Of a DNA stretch of 64,000 nucleotides, positions 63,201 through 64,000 are shown one piece after another. Where the stretch lies: assembly GCA_022605425.2 (NCBI GenBank), contig CM061248.1:744001-808000 (forward strand). Reading direction: 5' to 3'. This DNA is from Hamiltosporidium tvaerminnensis FI-OER-3-3. Its lineage: Eukaryota > Fungi > Microsporidia. The notes beneath the pieces were generated by a model. The model did no database searches and was not told the origin of the DNA. It saw only the letters and a program-made list of their open reading frames with translations. The position numbers and the translations under genes were made by a program. Every line of letters starts with the position of its first letter. Positions within the stretch are counted from its first letter, which is position 1.

Positions 63201-64000
63201 AAATGCATCATAGTATAGATATAAGAAATCGTTAATATCTTCTTCCCTTCTTCTTGGTGATAGCAATTACCTATTTCAATTTTATCTGAATCTTGCTGGG
63301 TAAAATATGCAATTAAAAACCAACATATTCTAAAACTGGATAGTATCCAGCATGTTAAGGGCCGAATAACTCTGTCTTTTAAAGTCAGTTTATCTATTGC
63401 AATTCATTTTAAAATCCCCAATTTCTATCATTTTTCCCCGTTAAACCTTATTTTTTTACTTTCCATAAACCGTAGGCCGAATTTTATGACGGAAATTTGT
63501 TTTGAATCCAATTTTTTAGTTTTCGATTTTTTTCTTTAAACCTGTTGTAATTAAGGATTATAGAAGATTGACTCATAATACAAGTGGGGTTTATACCTCC
63601 CCCCCCCCGAAATGTATAAACCGATTTTTACAATATTTTTACACACTCTTTGCCAAACAGCTAGTTTTTAATGTAGATATTTTCTTTCACTAAAAATATT
63701 TTAAATAAAAAAAATAAAGATAATTCAAAAAACATGCTTTTGAAAAACCTAGACGAGACCTAAAGTATAAATTACGATCATAATACAAATAATAGATAAT
63801 TTTTGCTGTTTTCTCTAAAAGAGCACTCAATCATTTTAAATATAGAAAATAATTTCTTAGTACTTGTTTTTAATAAAAAAAAGTTCTAATTTAAAAAACA
63901 TAAAAAATTTTAAATATATTTTTTTAAATTTTTTTATTAAATCCTATTCGCTGTTCTCTAAATCATCTTTATCTGCAGTAATTCCCAAGGATTTTTTTGT
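60284..64000. repeat. Second, direct copy of the 4.4 kb inverted-repeat unit (truncated by window end)
   Basis: Colinear with 51860-55560 at an offset of ~8420-8440 bp. The right arm begins at ~63925. Confidence 0.92.
60610..60954 (+). pseudogene. Third copy of the arm ORF
   Basis: Near-identical to the other two and a mosaic of their variants. Confidence 0.55.

Overview
Very AT-rich, gene-sparse eukaryotic DNA that looks like a large-genome microsporidian (inference, probably Hamiltosporidium-like). Evidence: compact, divergent housekeeping genes, CCC/GGG motifs just upstream of start codons, and 22-23 nt GTAAGT..CTAAT..AG introns. Recognisable genes: P5B-type ATPase, GID2/RMD5, TFIIA large subunit, TAF13, a minimal CWC24, a V-ATPase proteolipid, a two-intron PGS1 and a calponin/transgelin. 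Lineage-specific genes: two paralogous hypothetical proteins, an LRR-like protein and two small Gly-rich secreted proteins. Mobile DNA relics: an internally deleted hAT (Buster/SPIN-like) element and two REL-type non-LTR retrotransposon fragments. The most unusual structures are (1) an unclassified ~700 bp GC-richer element in five full-length copies with shared ends, two forming a large inverted repeat with a near-identical core, and (2) a ~4.4 kb unit bounded by ~790 bp inverted repeats, duplicated 8.4 kb downstream with patchwork identity. All alignments were done by eye, so boundaries are approximate.
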